Part shown: one piece after another, positions 37,301-49,460 of the stretch
How positions within the stretch are numbered: position 1 is the stretch's first letter
Layout: each line of letters starts with the position of its first letter
NCBI GenBank assembly: GCA_900088475.1
Contig: FLMG01001070.1
Span: forward strand, 90,276-154,275
From: Hyphochytrium catenoides
Lineage: Eukaryota; Protista; Hyphochytriomycota
Length of the DNA: 64,000 bases
Direction of reading: 5' to 3'
Translations under genes and position numbers: made by a program
The notes under the pieces: model-generated
What the model was told of the DNA's origin: nothing
Databases searched by the model: none
Seen by the model: only the letters and a program-made list of their open reading frames with translations

Positions 37301-40300
37301 CCGGGTCCATGCGCTTCCCTTAGTTGTATAACTGAGGCGCAGAGACTAAGCAAAGGTCGCCCCGTATGGCACAAGCTGTGGGCGCTGCTCCTTCTTCTTG
37401 CCCGTCACCACTATCTTTACTCCTACCTCTACCTTTTACCAAGACTTTTAACGGTATTGTTCATCCTTCTCCCGTTGTCCTACATAAAATCCTGCCTTCT
37501 CTTCTACACATCAAGGTGCAAGCATTGGAGGCCATTTTCTGGTTAATCCAGGCCGTAGTCCGTGTGCCTTCCATTTCAACTGTCTTTACCAAGCATCGCA
37601 CCTGGGCAACCATCCCCACTTTGTTAGGGTTACTGCGGTGCCCAGTCCCTTCGGTGTTGAAAGGCGCTATCATGAGGACTCTGGCAGTGCTAGGCAGGTA
37701 AATAGCTATGAGATCGACAAATGAGCCTATAGGAGTTTATGCCTTGCTACCCTCTTATTTTTGATTTAATGTCATTCTATCGTGTTCAATCATCGTTTAT
37801 AACGTTTCTTTTATCTGTTACTCGCAAAGGGCTCCTGAAAATGCTCTCCAGATCTGGCAAGAGCTGGAGGGTATCCAGATCTTGCCCACCTACACTCCCG
37901 TCGTTGGGGAAAACAGCCAGCGCCAGCATCCTGTGAAGTTTGGGATTAGGTAGCGCAGCCAAGCTCTAGACCTCCACCAGCATCTCCGTCTCCTTTGCGC
38001 AATATTGGATGGTGGAATGCGATACTTTCTTCGTTCTCCTCTTGGTTCCCCGCCGCTTTTTCTGTGATCCCCCGCCGTGCTCCTATCCATTTGTAGCTGC
38101 GTGGTTTCCTACCTAAACATAGCGCTTTTAGGTACGAACTGGAGCAAATGGAGTCCTATGAGCGGACATATCCAGCTACACGAGGCTTTATTGCGCTGAT
38201 GAACGAGCTAGTTGAGGTCGGATGCCCATCGGCCCTGGGCACTGGCTATAGAGTACCTGGAGTGCACCCCTATCTCAGCTTCCTCAAAGACGAGGTGCTA
38301 GTGAAATTTGATGCCCGGGCGTACCGAGATCCTGCTGAGAAGTGGGAAGTCGCGACAGGAGTCCTGTCGGTCCTTCACAAGGTCTCCTTCATCCTACTCC
38401 CTACTACTGCCTACTGGCGCTCGCCTTTCTATTCTTTGTACGGGCTTCACATTTTGTATGGAAACGGTGTTGTCCTAGATACATGTCCAGCGAGTCCTCT
38501 GCTTGGGTCCCGATCCTTACCTAACTGCTTCCTTGTATGGTCTGTCTATGCCCGTACAGCCGCTAATAATGACTCTGTGAAGTTTCTCGTTTTGCTTTAC
38601 CGTGGAAACTCCTGAGCATTCTGATTACGGCTGACTCATTGCATTCTAATCTGGCACTTGCGATAGATTCTATCGAAATACACTGTCCCTTCGTCCACCG
38701 GCGACAAGGCGGATCTGAAAGACTTCACTGAAGAATGGGTTGAATTCCCAGGCGTGACTGGTGCGATGTTCAACTACCTCCCTCGGCTCCGAACCTCTAT
38801 ATTCTCTTAAAGACGATCTCACGCATTGACGGACCCCTGACCATCCTTAACGCAGGTCATCGCCCAGCCCCTAGAAGCGTTGGGTTTGAACTTCTTAGAC
38901 AGATGCTTATTGAAGGTACATTACGTTGGCATCTCTTTCTTATCTTTACATTCATGTACTGTTGCATGCGTATTGCTCTAAAGATTTAACTCCACAACCG
39001 CCTCCACTGTCCGTAGCTCGCTAAAGGTACTGCAGGAAGGATATGCTTCCATGGTTTTGATGGCAGCTGCAATGATTCTACCAGACTGTAGAGTCGCTCA
39101 CATCTGTTTGACCTGCCTTTCTAGGCCCACTTTTGAAGACTGTGTTGGATATCATATCACACGATGGAGGCGTGCATTCATTGGTGAAAGAGCTAGAATC
39201 TCCACTTTTCCCTAAAGGCGTCCTGGAAAGCGGCTGGTGGACAGGCAGATCCGCAGCGCCATTGGGTCAACGAAAGAATGAAGCTGTGAACAACCTTCGA
39301 CCTTCGATCCTTAGAAAAGGTGGGCTACGATGGTGTTTTGAAGTCAGTTCAATGTTCGGGGCTTGTATGCGGTCTTTGGCTGCAGCCCTATGCGTCTATC
39401 AATATCTCCTCGCTTGGCTGTTCATGATTGACTTGAGATGTAGAAGGTCCAAACTGGGTCTTATCTGCAGTCTTCGGGGGGTTTGCGACTACTCTTACTT
39501 TCTCGCTCTTCATCCCCTCCATCGGGCTGACCCGCTCTTCGTCTGTAATCTTGTCCGTCGTGTGCTGCCAAATTTACCAGCCGCCTATTGGCGAGAGCGC
39601 GCCGTATTCTTCTGTCTGCAGCTATTAGAGAGCACTTTGGAGCGAGAAGAGGCATTTATCTCCTTAGTGCGTCTGAACCTTCCCCAGCTGCAAGTGGAAC
39701 CCTTACATGGGCTGTTGATGAGAGCCAGAAAGTCACTGGTTGCCGCCCTCCTCTTCGTGCGGCACACCCCTACAGTCAGCGTCTCTCTTATTGCAGTGAG
39801 GCTCCTGTATCAGGTACTATAGGAGTTATTAGCGACAGGGAAGAAACGAGGTTCTGGGATCCAAGTGTCTTCATCCAATGCTGAGATAGAAGAATGGATA
39901 TTGCTTCTATGAGGAGACTGGGGCTTGAGGTTGCCGGATTAAAGTCATAGGCAACTATGGGTATAGAGATGAGGAAGGGCGACTGTGGGGGACGGCGTGG
40001 GGTTGGGACACGTGCAGCTTGAAACGGCAACTGAAAAGTTTAAAAGAGGATTCTTAAATTACACTGCGAAATTGACCTTACCCGTCTCAACTTCACGCAG
40101 TTAAGCTACCAAGTAGTGCCAAGGGATATAGTGGCAGCAATCAGGGACGAGGGTGCCGCAGACGACCTAGTGGATGGCTTTGTCCAGCAGCTTATGCGAG
40201 AGGATTGGGAGCTGCTGCAAGGGGACGATCCGGCTACTGAGCTGCGAGAAAGTCTTCTAGTAGACTATGAGAATCCCCGCCTGACGGCTGCTGTCAGCGC

Positions 40301-43300
40301 GGAAGACCAACAGCAGATTCGGACTATTATTGTGGACCTCCTGCTCGATAATTTGTCAGTTCCACGGCAGGATCTGGCCTTCCTCCTCCTGGGACTTTCT
40401 GACGCTATGGCTGGAGACGGACGGGCCGCGGCTGGGCTTGTTGACATTGTCTCCAAGGATGCTGCGACTAACTGTCTGACTGCTATTCTCATTCTGCTGA
40501 GCCTCCCTGGTAAGCTGCTGGCATTTATTGGTTTTGGGTTGGTTTTCTTTCGTCCGAATGGTTGCGAAGCGCTTGTTCTCCTCTCTCTGTTGGGCCAACT
40601 GCTGGATAGCTCTGATGTTCTTGGACTCTAGAACTATCGTCCATCCCGTCCTCAACTTATTCGGCTCCTGCCCTAATCTGATTGCCTGACCCTTTCCTTT
40701 TAGGCTTTGGACAAGGCCACCCAGAGTTGGCTGAGAAGTGCCACGAGCTAATCTATCGGCTCTGCGCCCATCCCACATCTGCCATTCCAACCTTGGAATG
40801 CTTGCGGCATCCCCAATACGACTTCTTCCTCTCTCAGTTGCAGCAGATGCTCTCTTATCCTACTTCGTACTATAGCGATGCGTCTCCAATTGTCTCCATA
40901 GCTCAGAAGAACATTAGGGCTTGGGTCCTTAAAGGTCTTGCCCTTGATCTCCATATGGCAGCCAAGGCGGATCCACCACAATGGAATAAGACGAGCCGTC
41001 TGCTCTCCTTTCTCTTCACAGCAAGAAAGGCGGGCAAAAGCTCAACTGAGCTGAGCAGAATGGTTATTTTAGAGCTCCTGGATGCTACCCAGCTAGAGTT
41101 CTCTGCTCCAGAACCTCTACCTTCTCCCCAAAGCGGGCGAGTGGCGGAGGAGTGCTCAAAAGTGGTAGATTTGGGTTCACAGAGCTTCGTTAGAATCGAC
41201 ATTCAGGCGTTCCACCAGGGGCTTCTGAAGCTTTGGCAATCGCAAGAACGAGCAAGCAGCATAATGTCCTCCTCTAGAAACTTTGGGGATAGCAGTGAAG
41301 GGTTGGAAAGGCCTCTAAAGTGGGCAATAGAGTGGAACACATATGTTGATTGTCTTGCAGCCGAGACTCACAGCGTCGAAGCATGGTGTCGTGTTGTGGA
41401 CGTGGCCCTCGTTGAATGCCTCCCAATCTTGGAAAGACAAATCTTGGCCCCCCAGACGGCGGATAGGATAGGAGGGCAGGAGGATCTACTGTTTACTCTT
41501 CTTGATGGCATTTTGCAGAAGCTATGCCTTCCACCAGGAATAGCGCCGGAGTTGGCGCAGTCGCTCTCTGGCTGTGTTCTAATGCTTATGGCGGCATTGA
41601 GAGAAAGACAGGGTGCCTTGGGGCATATTCCTTCCGCTCAGCAGTGTGCTTCTCTTCTATCGCGGTTAGTTGACAGCATCAAAAGGCAGACGAATGGCAA
41701 ACAGGGGCCGGGGCAGCAAGCGAGGGGTCTTCTTTACGCCTCCCTCCTACACTATCTGCGGTACACCGAGGCCTTCAAAGAGCGAGGGGACCCGGAGAGA
41801 GCTGGATTTGGAGACATGCCAGACGAGCTAATTAGCGTGAATCAGAGCATGTTGAGAGCATGCGGAAACGACTTTCTTCTAGCTCTAGCGGCGGACTCGA
41901 CAGGAGGCTCTGAAGTATGGCGGAGCGTCGTAATGTCAGTCTTCGACTCACTGATGCCGTATTGTGGGCCAGCCGCGCTGCAGATTCTTAGTACTAGGGG
42001 TCACATTCAGGTCATGCTGAACATCTTCAAACGCCTTTCAGAGATTGGAGAAGCTTCTGTGTCAACCCCGTCTGTGCGTCTGCTAGATGCTCTCTATGAA
42101 TCAACGCTCTCCCTTCTCAACCGTATCGCCCAGACAGCTGAAGGAGCGAGCCTGTTGGTTGAGTATGGGGCCATAGAAGCTGCCACAGGATGCAAACCAG
42201 TCCTTAGACGACCCCCATCGGTATCTGCAAGGGCTATGGCGACAGGCTATGGAGCCGCGGAATGGCAACCTGTCGACCGCTTTCACCGCCTCTGGGTCCC
42301 TCTTTCACAGCTAATTCTATCTCTTCTGACAGCCCTACCCAAGCACAAGCTACTTGCGGGACAGGTATTCACCTTCATCAACGTTCATCACAAAGCCTTT
42401 GGTGCTATATTGAAGGATCGGGAGGAAACCTTGCAGAGCTTACAGGAGCTTGCTATCGCCTCCGCTATCTTACATAGGATGGCGGCTTTTCCCATAGACT
42501 TCACGGAGAAGTTAGGTGAACTGAGTGGGAAATACACGACCGCCACGGCCCAGCTCTTATTGAAGTATGGACTGAACTCTCTCCCACCTTCATCGAACAG
42601 CATGGAGCTTTCGGATAGGAGGACGCCAGACACTTGGTGGACGAAGGTTGGAACAAAACCTGACCTCTATACTGCAGATTTCTCTTCCATGTCGTCCCCT
42701 TGCGGTCATTTCTGCCCTTAGTAGAAGACAGTTTTCTTTGTCCTTCGCCAGCCTGCCTGCCTGCTATGCCCTTTACATACTTTTCGACTTTGCTGGCCGC
42801 TCCTGACTTCTTTAACCCTTATCCCAACAACTATTAAGGTGTCCGCCTCCGTCTTTTAGGTGATCCCCCAAAAGGACGTTGAGAGACGGAGGGCAGAAAT
42901 CCAGGTGCCTTCCCTCATTGGAGGAGATGCGCCATGGAATCTTTTCGACATCGACAAGCTCTCTCTTTGTCTAGATGTTCTTGGCAATGCTGCTGCTTTC
43001 ACGAGGACGAAACTTCAGGCCTCTATAGCACTTGGAGCACCTGGGGATGTTATCTTTTCACCCCCAAAGAGTGCGACGGACGCTCGCAAGGTGAGTAGCT
43101 ACTGATGCCACACGTTGTCAATACCTCAGCCTCTTGCGCTTTCCATCTTTACCATTTACCGGCATACGGGTTAACAGCGGCCAGTCTTCTGCCTCCCAAT
43201 ATCTTGACTGTTGACCAGGCCCCGTTCTTGCCTAATCTTTGAGCTATCAACATCGTAGGTTCGCTGAACTCATGTCTGTGTAGGTTGTTATGGACACTAT

Positions 43301-43658
43301 GGGAGACTTTGAGCTTTCCTTCGCCAACGTGTGCATTGCACTAACCCGGTCCTCGGAGATGGTCCAGGCGATTGCGAGGACTAACTTAAAGGACCCTGCA
43401 GCTGCTGTCGCCCGAGACAGCTTTCTATCATCTGCCAGATTTGTCTCAGAGAACCTGTTGGCCGTATTAGTTGATCACGTTCGCATTTACCTGTCAAAAA
43501 CCTCCGCTATGTCGAGCACAGTCTCCGTGGAGGCACTAGGTGTCCTTTGTAGCATGATAGCTGAGCCTCTTAAGCCGTTGGACACTGATAACTCCTTTGT
43601 TCACTCTTTACTAAGAAAGATAAAGGAGTTGCTTCGGCCAGACAGCAACTTCCCCTAA
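34355..43658 (+). CDS. NUP205: Nuclear pore scaffold nucleoporin Nup205/Nup192
   Basis: Very large helical protein over about 17 GT-AG exons. Family-typical segments: LLGLLRCPVPSVLKGAIM, ELEQMESYERTYPATRGFIALM, GYRVPGVHPYLSF..DEVL.KFDARAYRDPAEKWE, LAEKCHELIYRLC. Confidence 0.88.
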
Positions 43659-44358
43659 TATAGGACATACATTTATTAATCCGAATGCTCTACGCTTGTT
43701 CCTGGCCCTACTTTCACACTGGGTGTTGATCCATTGGATGGGTGGCAAGGAGCTCTTCTAGATTATCTGAGCCTCAGCTTGACGCTGGATTCAAAAAGTT
43801 TCACGGATGCTAAGAGAAGATACTCTGACCCTCTGTCGTGTCATTGGACCCTATCAATTCCATCATCCTCAAGTGCCTTGGGGACTCTTGGACAGTTGAC
43901 GGTGTAAAAAGGAACAAGGATGGAGATGGGCGGGAGCCACTTGCAAGGAATACCTCGTTCTGTTCTAACAAGGCTACCTCATCAGTGCGTTCACCCTAAA
44001 GGCCAGCTATTGCTTCAACGGGTTCAATATATGGTCAAGAAAGTGACCTGGGTTGGAGGCTCTTCAGCAAAGCAAATACACTTAAGTAGCATAAGGGCAC
44101 CAGCGTTCCCCCTTTTCTCCATGCAAGCAAGCGCCGTTCCAGAAGCCGAAAAGGGACGGCCAGGCGGCAAGAAAGAATCGCTAACTGCCTTATGAACAAG
44201 AACTTGACGTTGTTTATTAGTTTCGCAAGAGGTTTTTCAGTAAAACAGCTAGGATAGGGAAATGGCGTGTAGCAGCTATCAAGCTCCTCAAGGAGAAGCT
44301 TAGGGTGAATGTACGTACTATGGAGCCTCTATAACCCTCATCCGAGCTAAATAGTTCG

Positions 44359-44637
44359 ATGTCAGCCACTGCAATCGCAGTTTCAGACTATGGAATGGCC
44401 ACCTTCATCCTCATCAGCATCTACTCTGAGTTCAATAATACTTGGACATCAGCCATCACCATCGCGGCTGCAAACTATGGAATGACCACCTTCATCATCG
44501 TCAACATCTACTCTGAGCTCAATAATACTTCGACATCAGCCGTCACCATCGCAGCTTCAGACTCTGGAATGACAATCTCTATCCTCATCAACATCTACTC
44601 TGAGCCCAATAATACTTTGACATCAGCCATCGCCATC
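44359..44637. repeat. 87-bp degenerate tandem repeat, about 3.2 copies, inside a 146-aa plus-strand ORF (44359-44799)
   Basis: ctactctgag recurs at 44421, 44508 and 44595 (period 87). It translates as a 29-aa unit SAITIAAxxYGMTTFIxxNIYSExNNTxT. Confidence 0.9.
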
Positions 44638-45125
44638 GGAGGAGCTTCTTCATCTGTAGATCTGAAGATTTACAACTGTGCGTTGCTGATAGTGAGAGAG
44701 CCGTTACCGTATAGGAAGACAGGCAGGAAGCCAAAGCAAACCAGGATTGGTAACCGCTGTCATTATGTTCCTGCCTCCTGTGCCAGAGAATCTGCATGAT
44801 TCTGCAGAATATTGAGAATTACGCGTGTAAAGCCGCTTTTATTGAGGATCCGTCTGATATCATCCCCACCTCTCGTTGAGATCTTCCACGGTTCTTGGAG
44901 CTTTCCTTAGCAAATTCTGTGAGTGGGGTTTCTGTCATTTATTGCTAGGAACTGCTGTTAATGGTGGGGAGAGAGAGCGTGGGATGTTGATCTCTTCTCT
45001 TGCTTGAGCTCAAGCCTTCATTATCGCCACGGTCATAACGGAGGCACGAGGTTGAAAGTGGGGCTTGTGGAGTCTATTTGAAGGGGGAAGAGCGGAGATA
45101 GCTCTCAGGATTGTTTAAGGGAATC

Positions 45126-46031
45126 ATGTCAGAGAACGGGGGAGAAAGTGCTGTGGAGACTACCAGCTCTGGCAATAAAAGAGTTTTTGTTGGCAACCTG
45201 GCATGGAGTGTCAAATGGCAGGATTTGAAAGACCACATGCGCAGCGCAGGCAACGTCATCCACGCTGATGGTGAGTTTTCCCACGTGTTTCCGCAATTCC
45301 CACCTTACTGATGGGTCCCACCTTTGCAGTGCTCGAGGATGCTAATGGCCGCTCTAAGGGTTGCGGTCTTATCGAATATGGCACATCCGACGAAGCTCGG
45401 GCGGCTGTTGAGACCCTGAACAACACGGAACTTCATGGACGTACTGTTTTTGTTCGCGAGGTTAGTGCATGATATGGCTATCCCTCTGCTGCTTACTCTT
45501 GTCAGACCGCTGACCCAGATCTGCAGGACCGCGAGCCACAAAGCGGGAGCATTCAGAGCATCGCTAGAGGTGGAAGAGGTGGCCGTGGTGGCCGTGGTGG
45601 CGCTGGCCCTGGTGGACGTGGAGGCTGTGGAGGATATCGTGGTGCTCCGCGACAAAGGCCTCCTCGCCCTGAAGGACCCGGCGACGGCTCTCAAGTGTTC
45701 GTTGGCAACGTAAGTTTTCATATGATAGGTATATCTAGGTGGCATCCTAGAGCTAAGTGCATGCCTCTGACCTTCAGCTTCCATGGGAGACCACATCCNN
45801 NNNNNNNNNNNNNNNNNNNNNNNNNNNNNNNNNNNNNNNNNNNNNNNNGGGCTACGGCCTGGTCAAGCTTGCGTCCGCGGATGAAGCGCAAGCAGTTATC
45901 GGTAAGGAAGTATGACAAATTCGCTGTTTTCGGATTTATGTTCTTAGTTGGCCGTCTGCATTGCAACAGAAAAATTGAATGGCACTGAGGTCAACGGACG
46001 ATCCATTGAAGTTCGGGAAGACAGGAACTAA
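45126..46031 (+). CDS. 2xRRM RNA/ssDNA-binding protein with RGG linker, GBP1/GBP2/HRB1-like; interrupted by an assembly gap
   Basis: [57 protein letters not shown] linker, VFVGNLPW and IEVREDRN*. Introns 45271-45329, 45461-45526, 45710-45777 and 45902-45969. Confidence 0.9.
45799..45848. other. Assembly gap (50 N)
   Basis: Run of N in the sequence. Confidence 1.
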
Positions 46032-46901
46032 AGTGGAATAGTTCCCGTTCCTTACATCTTCTCACTTGGACCACCCGAGAAATGAAGCCCTATGCGCTAG
46101 CGTCTTATATGTCGCATGAAGAAGAAGATTGTAGCAGCTTTCTCCACAATTACTTTATGGGGAAAGAGATCGGCTGCTGTTAGGAGTTGTGTTCGTCCTT
46201 AGGAGGTCCCCTTGTGATGCATCTCCCTCTCTTGATACCCGACAACTGATCGGTCAGAATAAAGACGATATCCTATAGATCAATATTTCCACAGGATTTC
46301 TGGACTTCTGCCCCTTATAGCCCCTAAACTAGGGTCAGAAGATCTTAGAAATGGAACGCGAGAAGAAGTGTCCTTCTATTGATCCTACGCGCAGGTCGTT
46401 GGGTGTAACTTATAGCGTGGGTTATCATGGGAACGGATCTCCGGAGGGCAAGTAAGAATGCAGATAGCTAGTGCAGTCTTCCTCCTGCTTACTATCCACA
46501 GTATAAGGCCAATGTCTACAAGAAGTCTGTGCGTCAACAGCGTAAGCAATGGAAAGGCAAGGCAATGTGACAGACATCTTCAACTAGGGGTTAGTCGCCC
46601 TCTTGAAGGTTTCATTTGTTTCTGAGGCCTGCTTGATTTCTATAAGCCTTATTAATACCTATTGTTTTTTTCATAGGACCTTTTGCTGAATCTTTCATCT
46701 GAGAAAATTTCTCCCAGAGGATAAGAACCAACCATCGCCACTAGGCAAGGGACCAACAGACGAACGAGCTTCCTGACGTTCCCAGAAAGCTCAAAAATTA
46801 AAATCCGGACAGCTGGTTCAAGAAGCATTGTCAAACATTCTGAAAGACTCTGTCTCTCTTTGCTCACATAATATCTCTACAAAGCCTATAAGGGAAGCAG
46901 C

Positions 46902-48008
46902 ATGGCAGGTCTTCTACTCAGAAATGCACTCAAGATTACTCGGGGCGCAGTAGTCCCTAGAAGTTCTCTGGGCCTGACGGCACTGAGGACTCTAAACGCG
47001 AGGATAGGAGCTTCACCTTGCCTACCTGCCATTGAGCCATGGACAACACAATTCAGGGGTCTATCCTCCGAACCATCTGAAGAAGTCTCTGGAGCGGATC
47101 AGGGAGTTAGGGAGAGAGTTCCAAGAAGCAGAAGAGTATTCATTAGCAATCTACCCTGGCACGTGGACTGGCCAGAGCTCAAGAATTTTATGCGCCAAGC
47201 AGGAGAGGTCACCTTTGTCAAAGGTAAAGACGTCTCTTCATTCAAGTCTTCCTCTTGTCTCATTGTAAACTCTCCAGTCTTGCAAGACCAAGAAGGTAGA
47301 TCTAAGGGCTCGGCAATAGCGGAGTTTGCTACTGATGAGGATGCTCAAAAAGCTATCAAGACCCTGCACGACTCCGAACTCGGAGGACGATCCATACTTG
47401 TTCGCCAGGTTAGATACTGCGTGTCAAGCCAGTTGTGTTTCCCTTGCCCTAAATAAACGTATTAGGACCGCGACCCATCCGAGGTTGGCAGTACTCAAGA
47501 GGGTTCGGAAGGCTCTCAACAGTCAAGATCTCAACGGCGCGGCGGCGATGGTTCTGAGCTTTATGTTGGCAACGTAAGTCTGTGTAAGGCGTTGATATGA
47601 CCAGCTACATTCCTGCAGATAGTGCCACTCGTTTCACCTGTCAAGTCTTTATTGTCTTTATTGCTCCTTTTTACAGTCCGCTAATCGTTTCGAGCGCTAA
47701 TTCCTCATCTTGCCTTTCTTGCACGTTAGCTGCCGTGGTCTATGGGGTCGAGAGATCTCCAAGCCTTGTTTGGTGAACATTTCAACGTTGAGAGTGCAGA
47801 GGTTATTCTGCGTCACGATGGCAAGTCTCGAGGCTTTGGATTTGTCAAACTGGCTTCTGAAGATATGGAGACTGCCATAGGTAATTCAAAGGACACCTTT
47901 CCTGCGTGCTGCCGATAATGCTCTGATCCAGTTCTACGTCCTCCTATCTTCGCAGAGAAACTAAATGGTATCGAGATTGAAGGCCGTCCCATTGCGGTCA
48001 GGCGATAA
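46902..48008 (+). CDS. 2xRRM protein, tandem paralogue of the upstream gene, with predicted mitochondrial presequence
   Basis: RVFISNLPWHVDWPELKNFMRQAG, GRSKGSAIAEF, RSILVRQDRD, LYVGNLPW, KSRGFGFV and IAVRR*. Introns 47224-47277, 47409-47465, 47574-47729 and 47881-47955. Arg/Leu/Ala-rich N-terminus ending FRGLSS. Confidence 0.88.
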
Positions 48009-49460
48009 TTGGCAGAGCTTACTGATCTTGTTGCTGCATCTAAGCCAGGGTCGAAGCCCACAATGCAGGCGTCAAGACTTCGAGAATCATATCAATCGTT
48101 TAATATCTCATTTTCTTTACCATATAATAACGTTATCGCTCTATAAGCTTGACGATTGGCTTCTTTGTGCACCGAGCTTTTCATCACCCTACAATTAGCA
48201 AGACCTAAGCAGATCTCCTCAATGCGGCCAACAAGGTTCTAGCGACGACGGTGGGTATTGCAGCTACGAGGTGACTAGAGAGAGATAAGCAGTAAGCGGG
48301 AAAAAAGGACTACCCTGATGACCTGCTTCCACTACGCACAAGAGTAGTTACAAGCCCGTTGAAAGCGAAGCCGACTAGCTCTGGGTCGTAGTAGACGGCT
48401 TTCTAGGGTTGGAAAGAATCCCGAGTCCAACCATCAAGCCGCGACAGTGCCTGTACTCTGTGGATCGGAAGGAGTAGCAGAGTAGATTGATAGCAAAGGA
48501 ATGGGCACACTCGAATCAGCATAATCACGTTTCGCGACTCTGATAATTGTCACGGTTCGGACCTATTGCAGTTCTCTTACTGTGATCACCGCTGGAGACC
48601 AATGCGACTACCAGGTGGTAGAAAGTGGGCTCATCCATGCGGATGGTGGCGAGACTGGAAGAGAAGACAGAAAACTCCGCGCCGAAACAAGCTCTGCCGC
48701 CAATGTGCAGATGAGTTTTGCCGCGCTTTTGATGATCGACGATACGAATCCAGATCTATAACTCAATGAATACTGTAGAACAGTTCTTTTTTGGAAACCA
48801 TAGCACCGTGACTCTTGTTATATTATTGGGTTCAATTTGTAGTAGAAAATAAAGGAGTCTCCGAATGATGATGACTAATAATCTTGAACAAGAAGTGTGT
48901 GAGTGGTGAGTGCTTTCCGATTTCAGATTCTATTTTGCGCTGATATGATTACTCCTTACTTGGTTACTACCGGCAAGATCAGGTGTGGGGGGTGTCTGGG
49001 TGTTTTGTGGGTTGGTTTCCTCAACTTGATGTCTTGCACTTACAGTTCTCAACACAGTGGCGCTCTTGCCTTTCTAATAATAATGCTGGGATAGTATGAG
49101 AAAACGGAGGAAGAGACAGACAAGAAAGAGGGAAGAAATTCCTATGTGCCAGCTCGCTGCCTTGTACCAGGAGAAGCACCCACCAGCATCTTCAGCACTG
49201 AAGAAGGACGCGAGACCAGCGGGAAGCAGGTGGAGTTTCACTCTCTATTGCAGATCGGTCGATAGTGTCGCAGAAGTCGCGGCCATGGGTCGAGATGGAG
49301 AGGTGGCGTGACAGAGGATGTACAAGTTTACCCAGTGGGTAGACGGCATGAAACTTGTTTCTTCAGTCGCAATGGCAGTCTATTGAAGAACGCTTCCTGA
49401 GTCTGCTCCGGAACTGCTTTTACCGTTTCCTGGGCCCTCCAGGCTTCGGCACTGGAGAAA

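Noticed and set aside
44359-44637. CRISPR-like array
   Set aside because: The units are homologous over their full length with no unique spacers, the context is eukaryotic, and there are no cas genes.
44362-44655. Selenoprotein reading of the 87-bp repeat on the minus strand (GDG-TGA-C recurring; TGA aligned with TGC between copies)
   Set aside because: There is an in-frame TAA shortly upstream, no start codon and no recognisable SECIS. Recurrence of TGA is expected from the repeat itself.
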